Source: an uncultured Dehalococcoidia bacterium (GTDB lineage Bacteria > Chloroflexota > Dehalococcoidia > SM23-28-2 > RBG-16-64-32). Taken from it: a stretch of 64,000 bases of DNA. Under the pieces are notes generated by a model. The model was not told where the DNA came from and made no database searches. It saw only the letters and a program-made list of their open reading frames with translations. Within the stretch, counting starts at the first letter, position 1. Every line of letters begins with the position of its first letter. The position numbers and the translations under genes are program-made. The stretch spans positions 538 to 64,537 of the forward strand of contig CAZLDI010000016.1 of assembly GCA_964558415.1 (NCBI GenBank), written 5' to 3'. This document shows, one piece after another, positions 44,295-56,299 of the stretch.

Positions 44295-45416
44295 TCAGCC
44301 GGTAGTTGACGTGGGCAGGCCTTCCGCCATCCCGGAGATCGTCTCAACGTACTCGGTTACCATTTCGTAGATCACGTCGCGCACGGCGCGGACTGAGTTC
44401 ATGCTGCCGACGATCTGACCGACGGGGGAGCCAGCCAGCTCCTTCGCGCGGCTGGTCTCCACGTGGGCAAAGCGATGGACGCGGGATTGGGCGCCGGCAT
44501 TCACCATGTACTGTAGGGGCATCGGCAGGGTGCCGGGCGATTCGGGGCCGTCCCAGGCTTCGGTCCATGCGGTCTTCAGGAGGCGCGCCGGTTTCCCGCT
44601 GAGCGACTTCGAACGCACTGTGTCGCGAGAGCTCGCGGTGAGGAGCTTCTCAACGATCACGGGGTTGGTGTCGGACTCACGGACGGTCAGCCAGATCGAG
44701 CCTGTCCAGACGCCGTCGGCGCCCAGGGCCATCGCGGCAGCCATCTGGCGGCCCGAGCCGATGCCGCCGGCGGCGAGGACGGGCGCGGGGTGGACCGCAC
44801 GAACGACCTCGGGCACAAGGACCATCGTGGCAACCTCGCCGGTGTGCCCGCCGGCCTCGTAACCAGAGGCGATGACGATGTCGGTACCGCCTTCCACCTG
44901 CTTGAGCGCCTGGTCCGCCCGCCCGACGAGGGCGGCGATGTGCACACCCTTCGCATGAACCTTCTCGACGACGTCGGGAGGTGGGGTGCCTAACGCATTG
45001 GCGAGCAGTTTGATGGGGTGGGCGAGGGCGATATCCACCTGCGGGCGCGCGCCTTCGTAGGTCCACGAGAGAAGACCGCGCGGCTGCGGCTCGCCCTCCG
45101 GCAGCTCGGGGACGGCGTACTTGTCCAGAATGCCGCTGACGAAAGTGCGGTGCTCTGCCGGTATCATCGCCTCGAGCGCCGAGAGGTCAGCGCCGACGTA
45201 CGAGGCCGGCATGACGACGTCGACGCCGTAGGGCTTGCCGTCGACGTGCGCATCAATCCAGTTGAGCTCGACCTCGAGCTGCTCCGGCGTGAAGGCGACC
45301 GCGCCGAGGACGCCCATACCGCCGGCCCGGCTGACTGCGGCCACCACGTCGCGGCAGTGGCTGAAGGCGAAGATGGGGAACTCTATCCCGAGCATGTCGC
45401 AGATTCGCGTTCGCAT
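44295..45416 (-). CDS. nitronate monooxygenase / NAD(P)H-dependent flavin oxidoreductase (NMO family)
   Basis: 373 aa with a TIM-barrel FMN-binding pattern. Confidence 0.85.
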   Translation of the reverse strand: MRTRICDMLGIEFPIFAFSHCRDVVAAVSRAGGMGVLGAVAFTPEQLEVELNWIDAHVDGKPYGVDVVMPASYVGADLSALEAMIPAEHRTFVSGILDKYAVPELPEGEPQPRGLLSWTYEGARPQVDIALAHPIKLLANALGTPPPDVVEKVHAKGVHIAALVGRADQALKQVEGGTDIVIASGYEAGGHTGEVATMVLVPEVVRAVHPAPVLAAGGIGSGRQMAAAMALGADGVWTGSIWLTVRESDTNPVIVEKLLTASSRDTVRSKSLSGKPARLLKTAWTEAWDGPESPGTLPMPLQYMVNAGAQSRVHRFAHVETSRAKELAGSPVGQIVGSMNSVRAVRDVIYEMVTEYVETISGMAEGLPTSTTG

Positions 45417-45474
45417 GATTAGCTCCTTGTGGGTGACAGGAAGAAGGAAGAAGGAAGGGGGAAGAAGATAGACA

Positions 45475-46230
45475 CTAGACTACGGTCCAGCCGGCGTCCA
45501 CGGGGAGAACTACTCCGGTGATGCAGCGCGCCTCGTCTGACGCCAGAAACAACGCGGCGTAGGCGATGTCCTCCGGCTCCGTCACGCGTCGCAGTGGGTG
45601 AATCTGGGCCATCGCGCGGATCGCGCGGCTCGTCGCGCCGGCGCCGCGGATGAGCGGGGTGTCTGTGGAGGTAGGGCAGACGCAGTTGATGCGCACGTTG
45701 CTGGGGCCGTAGTCCAGGGCCATCTGGCGCGAGAGACCGACGATCCCTGCTTTGGAGGCGTTGTATGCCGCGTGCGCCATGATCCCCACCAGGCTGCCGA
45801 TGGAGGCGACGTTCACGAGCGCCCCGCCGCCCTGCCGGATCATGTGGGGAATCGTGTGTTTGCTGCAGAGAAAGACGCCGCGCAGATTGACGTTGAGGAT
45901 GCGGTCCCAGTCTTCGATCTTCGTGTCGATCGCTCCGGCCATGTGGACGATGCCGGCGTCGTTGACAAGCACGTCAAGCCGGCCCATCTGGTCGACGGCG
46001 GCCCCGATCGCCGCGCTGACGTCGTCCTCACTGGACACGTCGGTACGCTGGAAGGACGCCTCGCCGCCCGCCTCGCGGACCAGGCGAACCGTCTCCTCCG
46101 CGCCCGCCTCATCGCGGTCGAGCACGAATACGCTGGCACCTTCGCGGGCGAACGTGCAGGCGATCGCCCGTCCGATGCCGGAGGCGGCCCCGGTGATGAC
46201 CGCGGCTTTGCCTTCGAGCCTGCCGGCCAT
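45475..46230 (-). CDS. SDR family oxidoreductase
   Basis: TGAASGIGRA cofactor motif and a YxxxK catalytic pair. Confidence 0.9.
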   Translation of the reverse strand: MAGRLEGKAAVITGAASGIGRAIACTFAREGASVFVLDRDEAGAEETVRLVREAGGEASFQRTDVSSEDDVSAAIGAAVDQMGRLDVLVNDAGIVHMAGAIDTKIEDWDRILNVNLRGVFLCSKHTIPHMIRQGGGALVNVASIGSLVGIMAHAAYNASKAGIVGLSRQMALDYGPSNVRINCVCPTSTDTPLIRGAGATSRAIRAMAQIHPLRRVTEPEDIAYAALFLASDEARCITGVVLPVDAGWTVV

Positions 46231-46232
46231 GC

Positions 46233-47474
46233 CTACTTGCGCTCCGGCGTGAACCGCACCGGCATGTGCTTAATGCCGTTGATGAAGTTGGAGCGGAGAC
46301 GCTGGACGTCGCCGGCCAGCTCGAGATCAGGCAACCGGCGCAGCAGTGTCTCGAACATCACACGAATCTCGAGCCGCGCCAGGTTTGCGCCGAGGCAGAA
46401 GTGCGGCCCGCCGGGGCCGAAGGCGATGTGCTCGTTGGGGGAGCGGCCGACGTCGAAGCTATCCCCGTCGGCGAAGATGTCTTCGTCGCGGTTGCCGGAC
46501 GGGTAGTACATCACCACCTTATCGCCCTTGCGGATCTTCTGACCGCGGATCTCCGTATCGCGCATTGCGGTGCGCCGGAACTGCATGACCGGTGTAACCC
46601 AGCGGAGCATTTCGTCCACCGCGGTGGGCAGCAACGACGGGTCGGCTTGCAGTCGAGCCCGCTGATCCGGGTTCTCGAAGAGGGCGAGCATGCCGCCGGA
46701 GATCAGGTTGCGTGTGGTCTCGTTCCCTGCGACGGCGAGGAGAAGGAAGAAGGCGTTGAACTGCGGATCCGTGAGGGCTTCGCCGTCGATGTCCGCCTGC
46801 ATCAGAACGCTGATGATGTCATCTCGCGGGTTGGCCTTGCGCTCGACGGCGAGCTGGCTGGCGTACATGTACAGCTCCATCGCCGCGATGCGAGGGACTT
46901 CCGGCGTCGTCGCGTACTCCGGGTCTTCGTTGCCGATCATCTTGTTGCTCCAGTCGAAGACTTTGTGCCTGTCCTCAACCGGGACGCCCATCATCTCCAC
47001 GATCGCCTGCAAGGGCAGCTCCGCCGCGATCTCCGGGACGAAGTCACACTCGCCCCTCGGCGCAACGCGATCGATGATCTGACTGGCGACCTCCCGGACG
47101 TGCGTTTCCATCTGGAGCACCATCTTGGGGATGAAGCCGCGGCTGACGAGCCGTCTGTAGGTTGTGTGCATCGGGGCGTCCTGGTTGATGAGGATGCCGC
47201 GGTTCACCTCTACGTGATCGGGCGGCGGGTCCATGAGCAAGGCGCCCTTCTCTCCCGAAGAGTATGTCGCAGGGTCGAGTGACACCGTCACGATGTCGTC
47301 GTACTTGGTGAGCGCCCAGTAGCCGCCACCGTCCGGCTCCTCCTGCCAGAACACCGGGGCTTCTCTGCGCAGGATCTTGAAGAAGTGGTGCGGAACGCCC
47401 TGGACGTAGATGTCCGGGCTGTACAGGTCTACGTCTGCCAGCGCTGGTTCGACCGCGGAGTTCGCTTGTGTCAT
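46233..47474 (-). CDS. cytochrome P450
   Basis: Heme-binding loop FGPGGPHFCLGANLA and the ExxR motif. Confidence 0.9.
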   Translation of the reverse strand: MTQANSAVEPALADVDLYSPDIYVQGVPHHFFKILRREAPVFWQEEPDGGGYWALTKYDDIVTVSLDPATYSSGEKGALLMDPPPDHVEVNRGILINQDAPMHTTYRRLVSRGFIPKMVLQMETHVREVASQIIDRVAPRGECDFVPEIAAELPLQAIVEMMGVPVEDRHKVFDWSNKMIGNEDPEYATTPEVPRIAAMELYMYASQLAVERKANPRDDIISVLMQADIDGEALTDPQFNAFFLLLAVAGNETTRNLISGGMLALFENPDQRARLQADPSLLPTAVDEMLRWVTPVMQFRRTAMRDTEIRGQKIRKGDKVVMYYPSGNRDEDIFADGDSFDVGRSPNEHIAFGPGGPHFCLGANLARLEIRVMFETLLRRLPDLELAGDVQRLRSNFINGIKHMPVRFTPERK

Positions 47475-48124
47475 TACTTTCCTCCTTGTTCCACCGGCAG
47501 GCCGGCGATCTTGGGATCGAGTCCCAGAAGCAACGCGACCGCCACCTTGAGGAAGCGGCGCTGACGGTCCACCGCTGCGGGGCTGAGCGGGTCTTCGCCC
47601 ACGACATGGCGCAGCAGCTCCGCGTTGGCGAAGTAGCCGAAGATCACGTTATACAGTCCGGCGGCCAGGTGCGGCATCTCGTCGCGACCCCAGATCGGCT
47701 CGGCTTCCGCCAGGGCGCGGCGGCCCTGGCTGTACAGCGGGCGCAGGAGCCGAGTCATCGCCGTCTTCAGGTGACGGCTATCGTCAAGCGCCGCCCGCTG
47801 GATCAGCCGCGCGAGGTGTGGGTGCGCGGCCAGGTAGTCCAGCAAAGCGTCAATGTTCGCGTCAACGTCTCGCCACCTGCCGGAAGCCGGCATCAGCGCG
47901 ACGAGATGGTCCAGTCCGCGCTCCAGCACCGCCTCGTAGAGGGCGCGCTTGTTTTCGAAATGATGATAAAGGCTGGCCTGGTTTTTCAAGCTCGTGTCCG
48001 CCACGATGTCGCGCACGGAGACGCCGGCGTAGCCACGTTGCGCGAACAGCCGTTCCCCGGCGTCCAGGATAAAGTCTCGCGTCGAACGCTGGGAGTCGAG
48101 TTCCAGCGTGGCTTCGGTCGTCAT
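47474..48124 (-). CDS. TetR/AcrR family transcriptional regulator
   Basis: N-terminal HTH (RDFILDAGERLFAQRGYAGVSVRDIVADTSLKNQASLYHHF). Confidence 0.85.
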   Translation of the reverse strand: MTTEATLELDSQRSTRDFILDAGERLFAQRGYAGVSVRDIVADTSLKNQASLYHHFENKRALYEAVLERGLDHLVALMPASGRWRDVDANIDALLDYLAAHPHLARLIQRAALDDSRHLKTAMTRLLRPLYSQGRRALAEAEPIWGRDEMPHLAAGLYNVIFGYFANAELLRHVVGEDPLSPAAVDRQRRFLKVAVALLLGLDPKIAGLPVEQGGK

Positions 48125-48134
48125 GCGCGCTCCA

Positions 48135-49331
48135 TCAGTATGACCTCGGCAGACCGAGGGTCCACTCCGATACGTAGTTCAGGATCATCTCGCGGCTCAC
48201 GGGCGCGGTCTTGAACAGGCGCGCGCCGGTCCACTGCGTGATGAGGCCCGTCTCCTCGACGAAGCCCATGCCGCCGTGAACCTCAATCGCGGCGTCTACC
48301 GCCTTTATCGCCAGGTCGGCGCCGAGGAACTTCGCCATGTTCGCGTAGTTCCCGACTTCCGCCGGGTTGTGGTTGTTATCGAACGCCCAGGCCGCACGGT
48401 AGGTCATGAGCTTGACGGCCTCAAGCCAGATCTTCACCTCCGCCAGGGGGTGGGCGAGCGACTGGTAGGCGCCGATTGGCGTGTCTTTGAACACCTTGCG
48501 CTGTTTCGCGTAGTCGACTGCTTTCTTCAGCGCGGCCTCGGACATCCCGGCGCAGATCGCTGCCGCCAGGATGCGTTCCGGATTGAGCGAGTTGAACATG
48601 GCGAAGGTGCCGTTGTCCTCCTCACCGACGAGCTGGTCCGCGGGCACTTCGACGTCGTCGAAAAACAGGTGGAATTGCGTCAACTCTTCGCTCAGGCCGA
48701 TCTTAATGGGCTGCATCCCCAGCCCTTTCGACTTCGTGTCCACGAGGAAAAGAGAGAGGCCCTGCGACTTCGGCCGGCCCTGCGCCTCCAGCTCGTCGAT
48801 CGAGGTCGTGCGGGCGACGACGAGCATATAGTCGGCGACGTCTACGCCGGAGATGAAGGTCTTCTGACCGTTGAGCAGGTAGACATCCCCGTTACGCCGC
48901 GCCGACGTGCTGATCCGGAACGTGTTCGTCCCGGCATCCGGCTCCGTAATCGCGAAGCAGAGTTTCAGCGACCCATCCGCGACCTTCGGCAGGATGCGCT
49001 GCTTCAACTCGTCCGACCCGTTCTTGAGGATGCAGGCCGAGTCCATGGCAGTCACGAGGAGCAATCCCGGTGAGAAGCCCTGGGCGCATATCTCCTCGAA
49101 GCCGATCGTCAGGCAGAGCAGGCCCGCGCCATTGCCGCCATACTCCTCCGGCACCAGACAGCCCATCAGGCCGACCTCGGCGAAGCCGTCCCACAGCTCC
49201 TGAGGGAAGCGCTTCTCCTTCACGGCCAGGTCTCGGAACTCCTCACGTTTGCCGTCGAAGCGTTGGAGCATGGAACGCACGGAGGTGCGCACGAGGTTGT
49301 GCTCGTCGGCGAGTGCGAAATTCGTGTCCAT
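48135..49331 (-). CDS. acyl-CoA dehydrogenase family protein (non-canonical catalytic-base region)
   Basis: 398 aa with an ACAD fold. The C-terminal ARLFKTAPVSRE replaces the canonical ARIYEGTNEIQR. Confidence 0.8.
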   Translation of the reverse strand: MDTNFALADEHNLVRTSVRSMLQRFDGKREEFRDLAVKEKRFPQELWDGFAEVGLMGCLVPEEYGGNGAGLLCLTIGFEEICAQGFSPGLLLVTAMDSACILKNGSDELKQRILPKVADGSLKLCFAITEPDAGTNTFRISTSARRNGDVYLLNGQKTFISGVDVADYMLVVARTTSIDELEAQGRPKSQGLSLFLVDTKSKGLGMQPIKIGLSEELTQFHLFFDDVEVPADQLVGEEDNGTFAMFNSLNPERILAAAICAGMSEAALKKAVDYAKQRKVFKDTPIGAYQSLAHPLAEVKIWLEAVKLMTYRAAWAFDNNHNPAEVGNYANMAKFLGADLAIKAVDAAIEVHGGMGFVEETGLITQWTGARLFKTAPVSREMILNYVSEWTLGLPRSY

Positions 49332-49337
49332 GTCCTG

Positions 49338-50159
49338 CTACTTTCCTTTGAACTCAGGCGCGCGCTTCTCCTTGAAGGCCTTTGGCCCCTCGCGCGCGTC
49401 TTCGCTGGCGAATACCGGCTGCCCGATGCGGAGCTCGACCTCCAGCGCGTCTTTCTCAGGCAAGCCTTCGGTCTCCTGGACAGAGCGTTTGATCGCCTGC
49501 ACGGCGAGCGGGCCGTTGGCGGCGATCCGCGCCGCGACTTCGCGCGAGACAGCGAGCGCCTGTCCTCTCGCAACGACCCGGCCGATGAGGCCGATGCGCA
49601 GGGCCTCCTCCGCGGGCATATGATCACCGGTGAGCAGCATCTCCATCGCCCGGGTGTAGGGGATCTGGCGGCGGAGGCGCACGGTGGAACCGCCCATCGG
49701 GAAGAGGCTCCAGCACACCTCCGAGATGCCGAAGCTGGCGCCCTCGCCGGCGACGCGTATGTCGGTGGATTGAAGGATTTCTGTCCCGCCGGCGATGCAT
49801 GGCCCCTCGATCGCGGCGATGAGCGGTTTCTTGAGCTGGTAGTTGCGGAGCAGTCCTTTGAAGATGACCGCTGGGTCCTTCCGGCAACGATCCTCGAATT
49901 CGTTCTCCGGCGGAAGACCTCGAATCGATCGGATCACGAGCTGGTCCAAATCCGCTCCGGCGCAGAACGCGTCGCCGCGGCCGGTTAGTATCACGACTCG
50001 CACGTCGTCGTCGCCGTCGATCATGTCGTAGGCGTCGGCCAGGCGGCAGAGCATCTCCGGGTTGATCGCGTTCTTGACGTCGGGGCGGTTCATCGTGAGC
50101 GTCACGGTATGGCCGTCACGCTCCACGAGCACCGCCTTGGTCCCAGCAACCATCGTCAC
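49338..50159 (-). CDS. enoyl-CoA hydratase/isomerase
   Basis: 273 aa with the crotonase fold motif FCAGADL. Confidence 0.9.
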   Translation of the reverse strand: MTMVAGTKAVLVERDGHTVTLTMNRPDVKNAINPEMLCRLADAYDMIDGDDDVRVVILTGRGDAFCAGADLDQLVIRSIRGLPPENEFEDRCRKDPAVIFKGLLRNYQLKKPLIAAIEGPCIAGGTEILQSTDIRVAGEGASFGISEVCWSLFPMGGSTVRLRRQIPYTRAMEMLLTGDHMPAEEALRIGLIGRVVARGQALAVSREVAARIAANGPLAVQAIKRSVQETEGLPEKDALEVELRIGQPVFASEDAREGPKAFKEKRAPEFKGK

Positions 50160-50164
50160 GCCCC

Positions 50165-51769
50165 TCAGGCTCCCTGCGCGCTCGCCAGCGACTTCGCCCA
50201 GCGGTAGTCAGGCTTGCCGCTGGGCTGGCGGACCATCTCTTCAACGAGGTGCAGCTCGCGCGGCACCTTGTAGCCGGACACCTTCGTCCGGCAATACGCA
50301 TCCAGTTCCTCGAGCGTTGCAACCATACCGGGGCGGGCCTGCACTACGGCCGCGATCCGCTCCCCCCAGCGCTCGTCCGGGACCCCGACGACGATCGCGT
50401 CGAAGACCGCCGGATGCGACTTGAGCGCGGCCTCCACCTCCTCCGGAAAGATCTTCTCGCCGCCGCTGTTGATGCAGACGGAACCGCGTCCCAGCAGAGT
50501 GATAGTCCCGTCCGCCTCCAGGATGGCCATGTCGCCGGCCATCACCCAGCGCACGCCGTCAACCTCGACGAAGGTCCTGGCAGTCTTTTCTTCGTCTTTG
50601 TAGTAGCCGAGGGGAATGCGTCCGCGACGGACCAACCAGCCGGCCCTGCCCGTGCCGGGCTCGATCGGCCGCAGGTTGTCGTCCAGCACGGTGCTGGTGC
50701 CGTCGGCGCGGAAACGGGGAGCGCTCTCGGCGCCGGGCCCGCCGCGGCCGACGTAAGTTCCCGCGTGGCCACCCTCGGAGCCGCCGAAGGTGTCCATTAC
50801 CATCACGCCGGGCACGCGTTCGCGGAGCTGGTCTTTCACTGCCTCCGTGAACATCGCCCCACCAGAGCCGATAACGCGCAGCGATGAAAGGTCGTACGAG
50901 ACGCCCGGTTCCGCCAGAGCTTCAGCCAGCGGGCGCGCCATAGCATCGCCCACGAGAGCGATGGTATTTGCCTTCTCTTGCTCGACGAGCCGCCAGACGA
51001 GATGGGGGTCGAATTTCTTGCTGGCGACGAGGACTATCTTGGCGCCCTGGAACAGCCCGATCCACGTTGCCCACTGCGCGGCGCCGTGCATCAAAGGGGC
51101 GGCGGGCAGCATGACCAATGGGCCGCGCTTCGTCGCTCGTTCGGCTACCGTTTCCGGGTTGTCCGGGGGTCCGGCATAGGGATCACCTCCCATGAGCGCG
51201 GTGAAGAAGAGGTCCTCCTGGCGCCACATGACGCCCTTGGGCATCCCCGTTGTGCCACCCGTGTACAGAATGTAGAGGTCGTCGCCGGAGCGCGGCGCAA
51301 AGTCCCGTTCGGCCGAGCTTGCGGCGAGAGCTGACTCATACTCGGCCGAACCTAGTGCGTTCTCACCGCTGCCGTCCTCCACGAGGACGAACGTCCTGAG
51401 TCGAGGCATATCGCCGGCGACCGCGGCGATGCGCGGGGCGAACTCGCGGTGGTGGACGAGCGCGACGAGATCGGCGTTGTCGAACAGATAGCGCAGCTCT
51501 TCCTCCACGTAGCGATAGTTGATGTTGATGGGTATCGCGCGAACCTTGTGGCAGGCCAGCGACGCCTCCATGTACTCCGTGCAGTTGTACAGGTACAGTC
51601 CGACGTGTTCGCCGGGTTTGATGCCTCTTGATTCGAGGTAGTGAGCGAAGCGCGTGGCACGCTCGTCCAACTTCGCGAAGGTAAGCCGACGCTTACCGCA
51701 GATAAGCGCCTCGCGATCCGGGATGGCGTCTGCGACGCTTTCGAAGAGGTCTGCCAGGTTGAACTCCAA
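50165..51769 (-). CDS. acyl-CoA synthetase (AMP-binding, FadD-like)
   Basis: AMP-binding motifs YTGGTTGMPKG and a C-terminal GKPDY/K. Confidence 0.9.
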   Translation of the reverse strand: MEFNLADLFESVADAIPDREALICGKRRLTFAKLDERATRFAHYLESRGIKPGEHVGLYLYNCTEYMEASLACHKVRAIPININYRYVEEELRYLFDNADLVALVHHREFAPRIAAVAGDMPRLRTFVLVEDGSGENALGSAEYESALAASSAERDFAPRSGDDLYILYTGGTTGMPKGVMWRQEDLFFTALMGGDPYAGPPDNPETVAERATKRGPLVMLPAAPLMHGAAQWATWIGLFQGAKIVLVASKKFDPHLVWRLVEQEKANTIALVGDAMARPLAEALAEPGVSYDLSSLRVIGSGGAMFTEAVKDQLRERVPGVMVMDTFGGSEGGHAGTYVGRGGPGAESAPRFRADGTSTVLDDNLRPIEPGTGRAGWLVRRGRIPLGYYKDEEKTARTFVEVDGVRWVMAGDMAILEADGTITLLGRGSVCINSGGEKIFPEEVEAALKSHPAVFDAIVVGVPDERWGERIAAVVQARPGMVATLEELDAYCRTKVSGYKVPRELHLVEEMVRQPSGKPDYRWAKSLASAQGA

Positions 51770-51783
51770 CGTTTCCTTCCCCC

Positions 51784-52941
51784 CTAGGCCGCTTGACTGC
51801 TAACGATCCACATGCTGAAGAACTGCGACCCGCCGCCATAGGCGTGTCCCAGCGCCGTTCTCGCGCCGTCCACCTGGTGCTCGCCCGCCTGGCCGCGCAC
51901 CTGAAGCGCCGCCTCCGCGAAGCGGAGCATGCCCGATGCGCCTATGGGGTTTGAGGAGAGCACGCCACCGGAAGGGTTGACGGGCAGGTCGCCATCGAAC
52001 GCGGTTACGCCGTCCCGCGTCATCTTCCACCCTTCGTTCAGCTCCGCGAAGCCCAGGTTCTCCATCCACATCGGTTCGTACCAACTGAACGGCACGTACA
52101 CTTCGGCGACGTCGATCTGCTTCAGCGGGTTGGTTATGCCCGCCTGGCTGTACACATCCGCGGCGCAATCCCGTCCGGCCTGGGGACTGACCTTGTTCCG
52201 ACCGGCGAACATGATCGGCTCGGAGCGCATCGCCGTCCCGCGTATCCAGGCAGGCGGACGGGGAGCGCGCGCGGCTCGCGACTTGTTCGTCAAGACCATG
52301 GCGCAGGCGCCGTCTGACGAAGGGCACGCTTCAAGGTAGCGGATCGGATCCCAGAGCATTGGGGACTGGGAGACCGTTTCCATGTTGATGTCCGGCATGT
52401 TCAGGTGCGCGTACGGGTTGCGGACAGCGTTCTTACGGTCCTTCACCGCCACCATCATGCCGATATCTGCCGGCGCGCCGGAGCGTTTAATGTAGGCCCT
52501 GATGTCCGGCGCGAAGTAGCCACCCGCTCCCGCTACGATGGCGGGCTGGAAGGGCAGGCGGATGGTCAACGCCCACATCGCGTTACTCTCCGATTGCTTC
52601 TCGAAGGCGACGGTGAGGACGGTGTCATGGACGCCTCCCTGGACGAGGCTCGCCGCGACGATCGCGGTGGACCCGCCGACGCTGCCGGCTGTGTGGACGC
52701 GCATCATCGGCTTGCCGACCGCGCCGAGGGCGTCGGCAAGGAAGAGCTCCGGCATCATAATGCCTTCGAACATGTCCGGCGCCTTGCCAACGACCAGTGC
52801 GTCGATGTCCCTCCAGGTCACGCCGGCGTCCTCCAGCGCGCGCAAGGCGGCCTCGCGCACCAGACCGGGGAGCGAGACATCGCCGCGTTTGGCGGCGTGT
52901 TTGGTCTGACCGATGCCGATCACGGCGCAGGGCTGCGCCAT
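51784..52941 (-). CDS. SCP2/Ltp-type thiolase-like protein
   Basis: Start at ATG 52941 (ATGA overlap with the upstream gene). Thiolase-like fold. Confidence 0.75.
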   Translation of the reverse strand: MAQPCAVIGIGQTKHAAKRGDVSLPGLVREAALRALEDAGVTWRDIDALVVGKAPDMFEGIMMPELFLADALGAVGKPMMRVHTAGSVGGSTAIVAASLVQGGVHDTVLTVAFEKQSESNAMWALTIRLPFQPAIVAGAGGYFAPDIRAYIKRSGAPADIGMMVAVKDRKNAVRNPYAHLNMPDINMETVSQSPMLWDPIRYLEACPSSDGACAMVLTNKSRAARAPRPPAWIRGTAMRSEPIMFAGRNKVSPQAGRDCAADVYSQAGITNPLKQIDVAEVYVPFSWYEPMWMENLGFAELNEGWKMTRDGVTAFDGDLPVNPSGGVLSSNPIGASGMLRFAEAALQVRGQAGEHQVDGARTALGHAYGGGSQFFSMWIVSSQAA

Positions 52942-53996
52942 CAGCGGGCCTCCAGGACGCACACGAGATTCTGCTGGAGCAGTGGGCCGGACGTGGCGTG
53001 GGCGACGGCCCTCCGGGCGCTACCGTCTGTGATGCGTTGCGCCGCCTCGCCGATACGTATCAGGCCCGCCGCCATGATAGGGTTGGCGGCCAGAGCGCCG
53101 CCGGAAGGGTTAATCTCCGTGCCGCCGTTCAACCCGATGGCATCGCGCATGATCAGCTCCTGGTGTGTGAAGGGCGCGTGCAGCTCGGCCACGTCCACGG
53201 GGCCGTCCGACACGCCGGCATTCTTCGCTGCGAGCGCGGCGGAAGGCGACTTGGTCAGGTCGCGCATGCCGGGGTAGTGGGGATCGATGCGGTGATCGAT
53301 GCCGCGAATCCAGGCCGGTCGCTCGCAGACTCTGCGCGCAAGGTCTCCGACAGCTAGGACAACAGCGGCCGCGCCATCAGAGATCGGCGGGCAATCGTGC
53401 TTGCGGAGTGGGGAGACGAGGTAGGGCTCAGCCAGGAGCGTGTCAACGTCGCCATGGGAAGCCAATTGAGCGTTCGGATTGCCGTACGCGCTGCGCCGAT
53501 TTCGGACCGCAACCTCCGCAAGGTCCCGCTCGGTGAGCCCGGTCGCCTCCAGGAACGCCCTCGCCTGCAGGGCGGCGAGGCTCACTGTATCCAGCCGGAG
53601 CGGGGCCAGATAATATGGGTCCAACTGCAGGCCGAGAACGTCTCTGGGGTCGCCGGGAGACGATTTGCCGAAGCCGTAGACGAGTGCTGAATCAAGGTCT
53701 CCGTGCTGGAGGCGCACCCAGGCCTCGTACAGTGCCCAGGCTCCATCCATCTCGACGTGGGACTCCCGGATCGGCGGCCACGCCCCCACAGCGTCCAAAG
53801 CCATCACAAACGCAAACGGCTGGCCTGCCAGGTAGTCGGCGCTGCCGGAGCACGTGAACCCTATCTCATCCCGCGGTATGCCAGACTGCTCAATAGCCCG
53901 GCGAATGACGGGCATCAGCATCTCCACCTCATTGTGCAGGTTGTCCCGGCGGACGCTCGGTGACTGGGCGAAGCCGACGACGGCGACTTCCCGCAC
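52941..53996 (-). CDS. thiolase-like protein (second subunit)
   Basis: 351 aa thiolase-like protein adjacent to the DUF35 genes. Confidence 0.7.
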   Translation of the reverse strand: MREVAVVGFAQSPSVRRDNLHNEVEMLMPVIRRAIEQSGIPRDEIGFTCSGSADYLAGQPFAFVMALDAVGAWPPIRESHVEMDGAWALYEAWVRLQHGDLDSALVYGFGKSSPGDPRDVLGLQLDPYYLAPLRLDTVSLAALQARAFLEATGLTERDLAEVAVRNRRSAYGNPNAQLASHGDVDTLLAEPYLVSPLRKHDCPPISDGAAAVVLAVGDLARRVCERPAWIRGIDHRIDPHYPGMRDLTKSPSAALAAKNAGVSDGPVDVAELHAPFTHQELIMRDAIGLNGGTEINPSGGALAANPIMAAGLIRIGEAAQRITDGSARRAVAHATSGPLLQQNLVCVLEAR

Positions 53997-54475
53997 TACG
54001 AGTCTCCGTCCAGTGACATGTCCGGTTCGTCAGTGGGTCTGAAGTACCTGATGCTCTCAACGCTCGGCCGTAGCTGATCAGCCCCCACCCAGACCGCCTC
54101 GACGCGCATTCCCATCCGAACGTCCTCGGGCGGACACTCTTGAACTATGTGCATGAACGGCATGTCCGCTCCGTCCAGCAGGATGTCAGCGCAAACGTAC
54201 GGGACGGGGAACGTCAGGTTTTGCGAGGGGATATTGACGATGCAGAACGTGGTCACGGTGCCGCGATTGGAAAGTTGAACTTCTTCGTCCGTCGGGACGG
54301 CGCAGATGGAGCAGGAGCCTCTGGGCGGAACGTAGACCTTCGAACACTCGGGGCAGCGCTGGCCGACGATTCGGCCCTCTGCCATGCTGCGCAGAAAGCG
54401 CGCGGTGGCCCCGCCCACGGTGTAGGTGTATTCGAGGCGGATGGGAGTACGGATGATCCGGACCGGGTCGCTCAC
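53996..54475 (-). CDS. DUF35 OB-fold/zinc-ribbon protein
   Basis: Rubredoxin-like zinc ribbon CPECSKV...CSICAV followed by an OB fold. Confidence 0.75.
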   Translation of the reverse strand: MSDPVRIIRTPIRLEYTYTVGGATARFLRSMAEGRIVGQRCPECSKVYVPPRGSCSICAVPTDEEVQLSNRGTVTTFCIVNIPSQNLTFPVPYVCADILLDGADMPFMHIVQECPPEDVRMGMRVEAVWVGADQLRPSVESIRYFRPTDEPDMSLDGDS

Positions 54476-54936
54476 GGTGCGGGCTCCGGCTCAAAGCAGG
54501 CGATGTCCTGGATCTCGCCGTTCGTCTGCTCCCGCCAGCGAACACGCACACGCATGCCCGTTGACATTTGAGACTCATGGCCGGCATCGACCATGTGAAG
54601 CAGTGAGGTGTCCGCGCCGTCCAGCCGCACGAGCGCCCAGGCGAACGGATGGTCGAGCAGGTCGGTCTGGCGCGGCTGCCCGACCCACGCCCAGCTGGTG
54701 ACCACGCCGGACTGACCGACTTCGACGAACTCTTCCAGGGCATCGCTGGTCTCAGGGTCGTACTCCAATGGCGGGACCAGCACTTTGCCGCTCGGCGTGC
54801 GCACGCCCTCGATCCGGCGGTCGCGCAAGCCGGAGAGGAAGCGCCCGATTACAGGGCCGGTGGACCGTGTGTAAGGGAACTCCAGTACGTGTGGCGCGGA
54901 AAGGACTTCAGCGTCTGCGGTTCTGGCGTCTGTCAT
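54472..54936 (-). CDS. DUF35-like OB-fold protein (first gene of long minus-strand operon)
   Basis: 154 aa with an OB-fold pattern, paralogous to the adjacent DUF35 gene. Confidence 0.6.
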   Translation of the reverse strand: MTDARTADAEVLSAPHVLEFPYTRSTGPVIGRFLSGLRDRRIEGVRTPSGKVLVPPLEYDPETSDALEEFVEVGQSGVVTSWAWVGQPRQTDLLDHPFAWALVRLDGADTSLLHMVDAGHESQMSTGMRVRVRWREQTNGEIQDIACFEPEPAP

Positions 54937-54954
54937 GCGATCAACATTCGGTGA

Positions 54955-56295
<1,341 letters not shown>

Positions 56296-56299
56296 GGCC

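Noticed and set aside
46266-47282. 338-aa plus-strand ORF opposite the cytochrome P450
   Set aside because: The P450 heme loop and ExxR motifs are on the minus strand. The plus ORF is an artefact.
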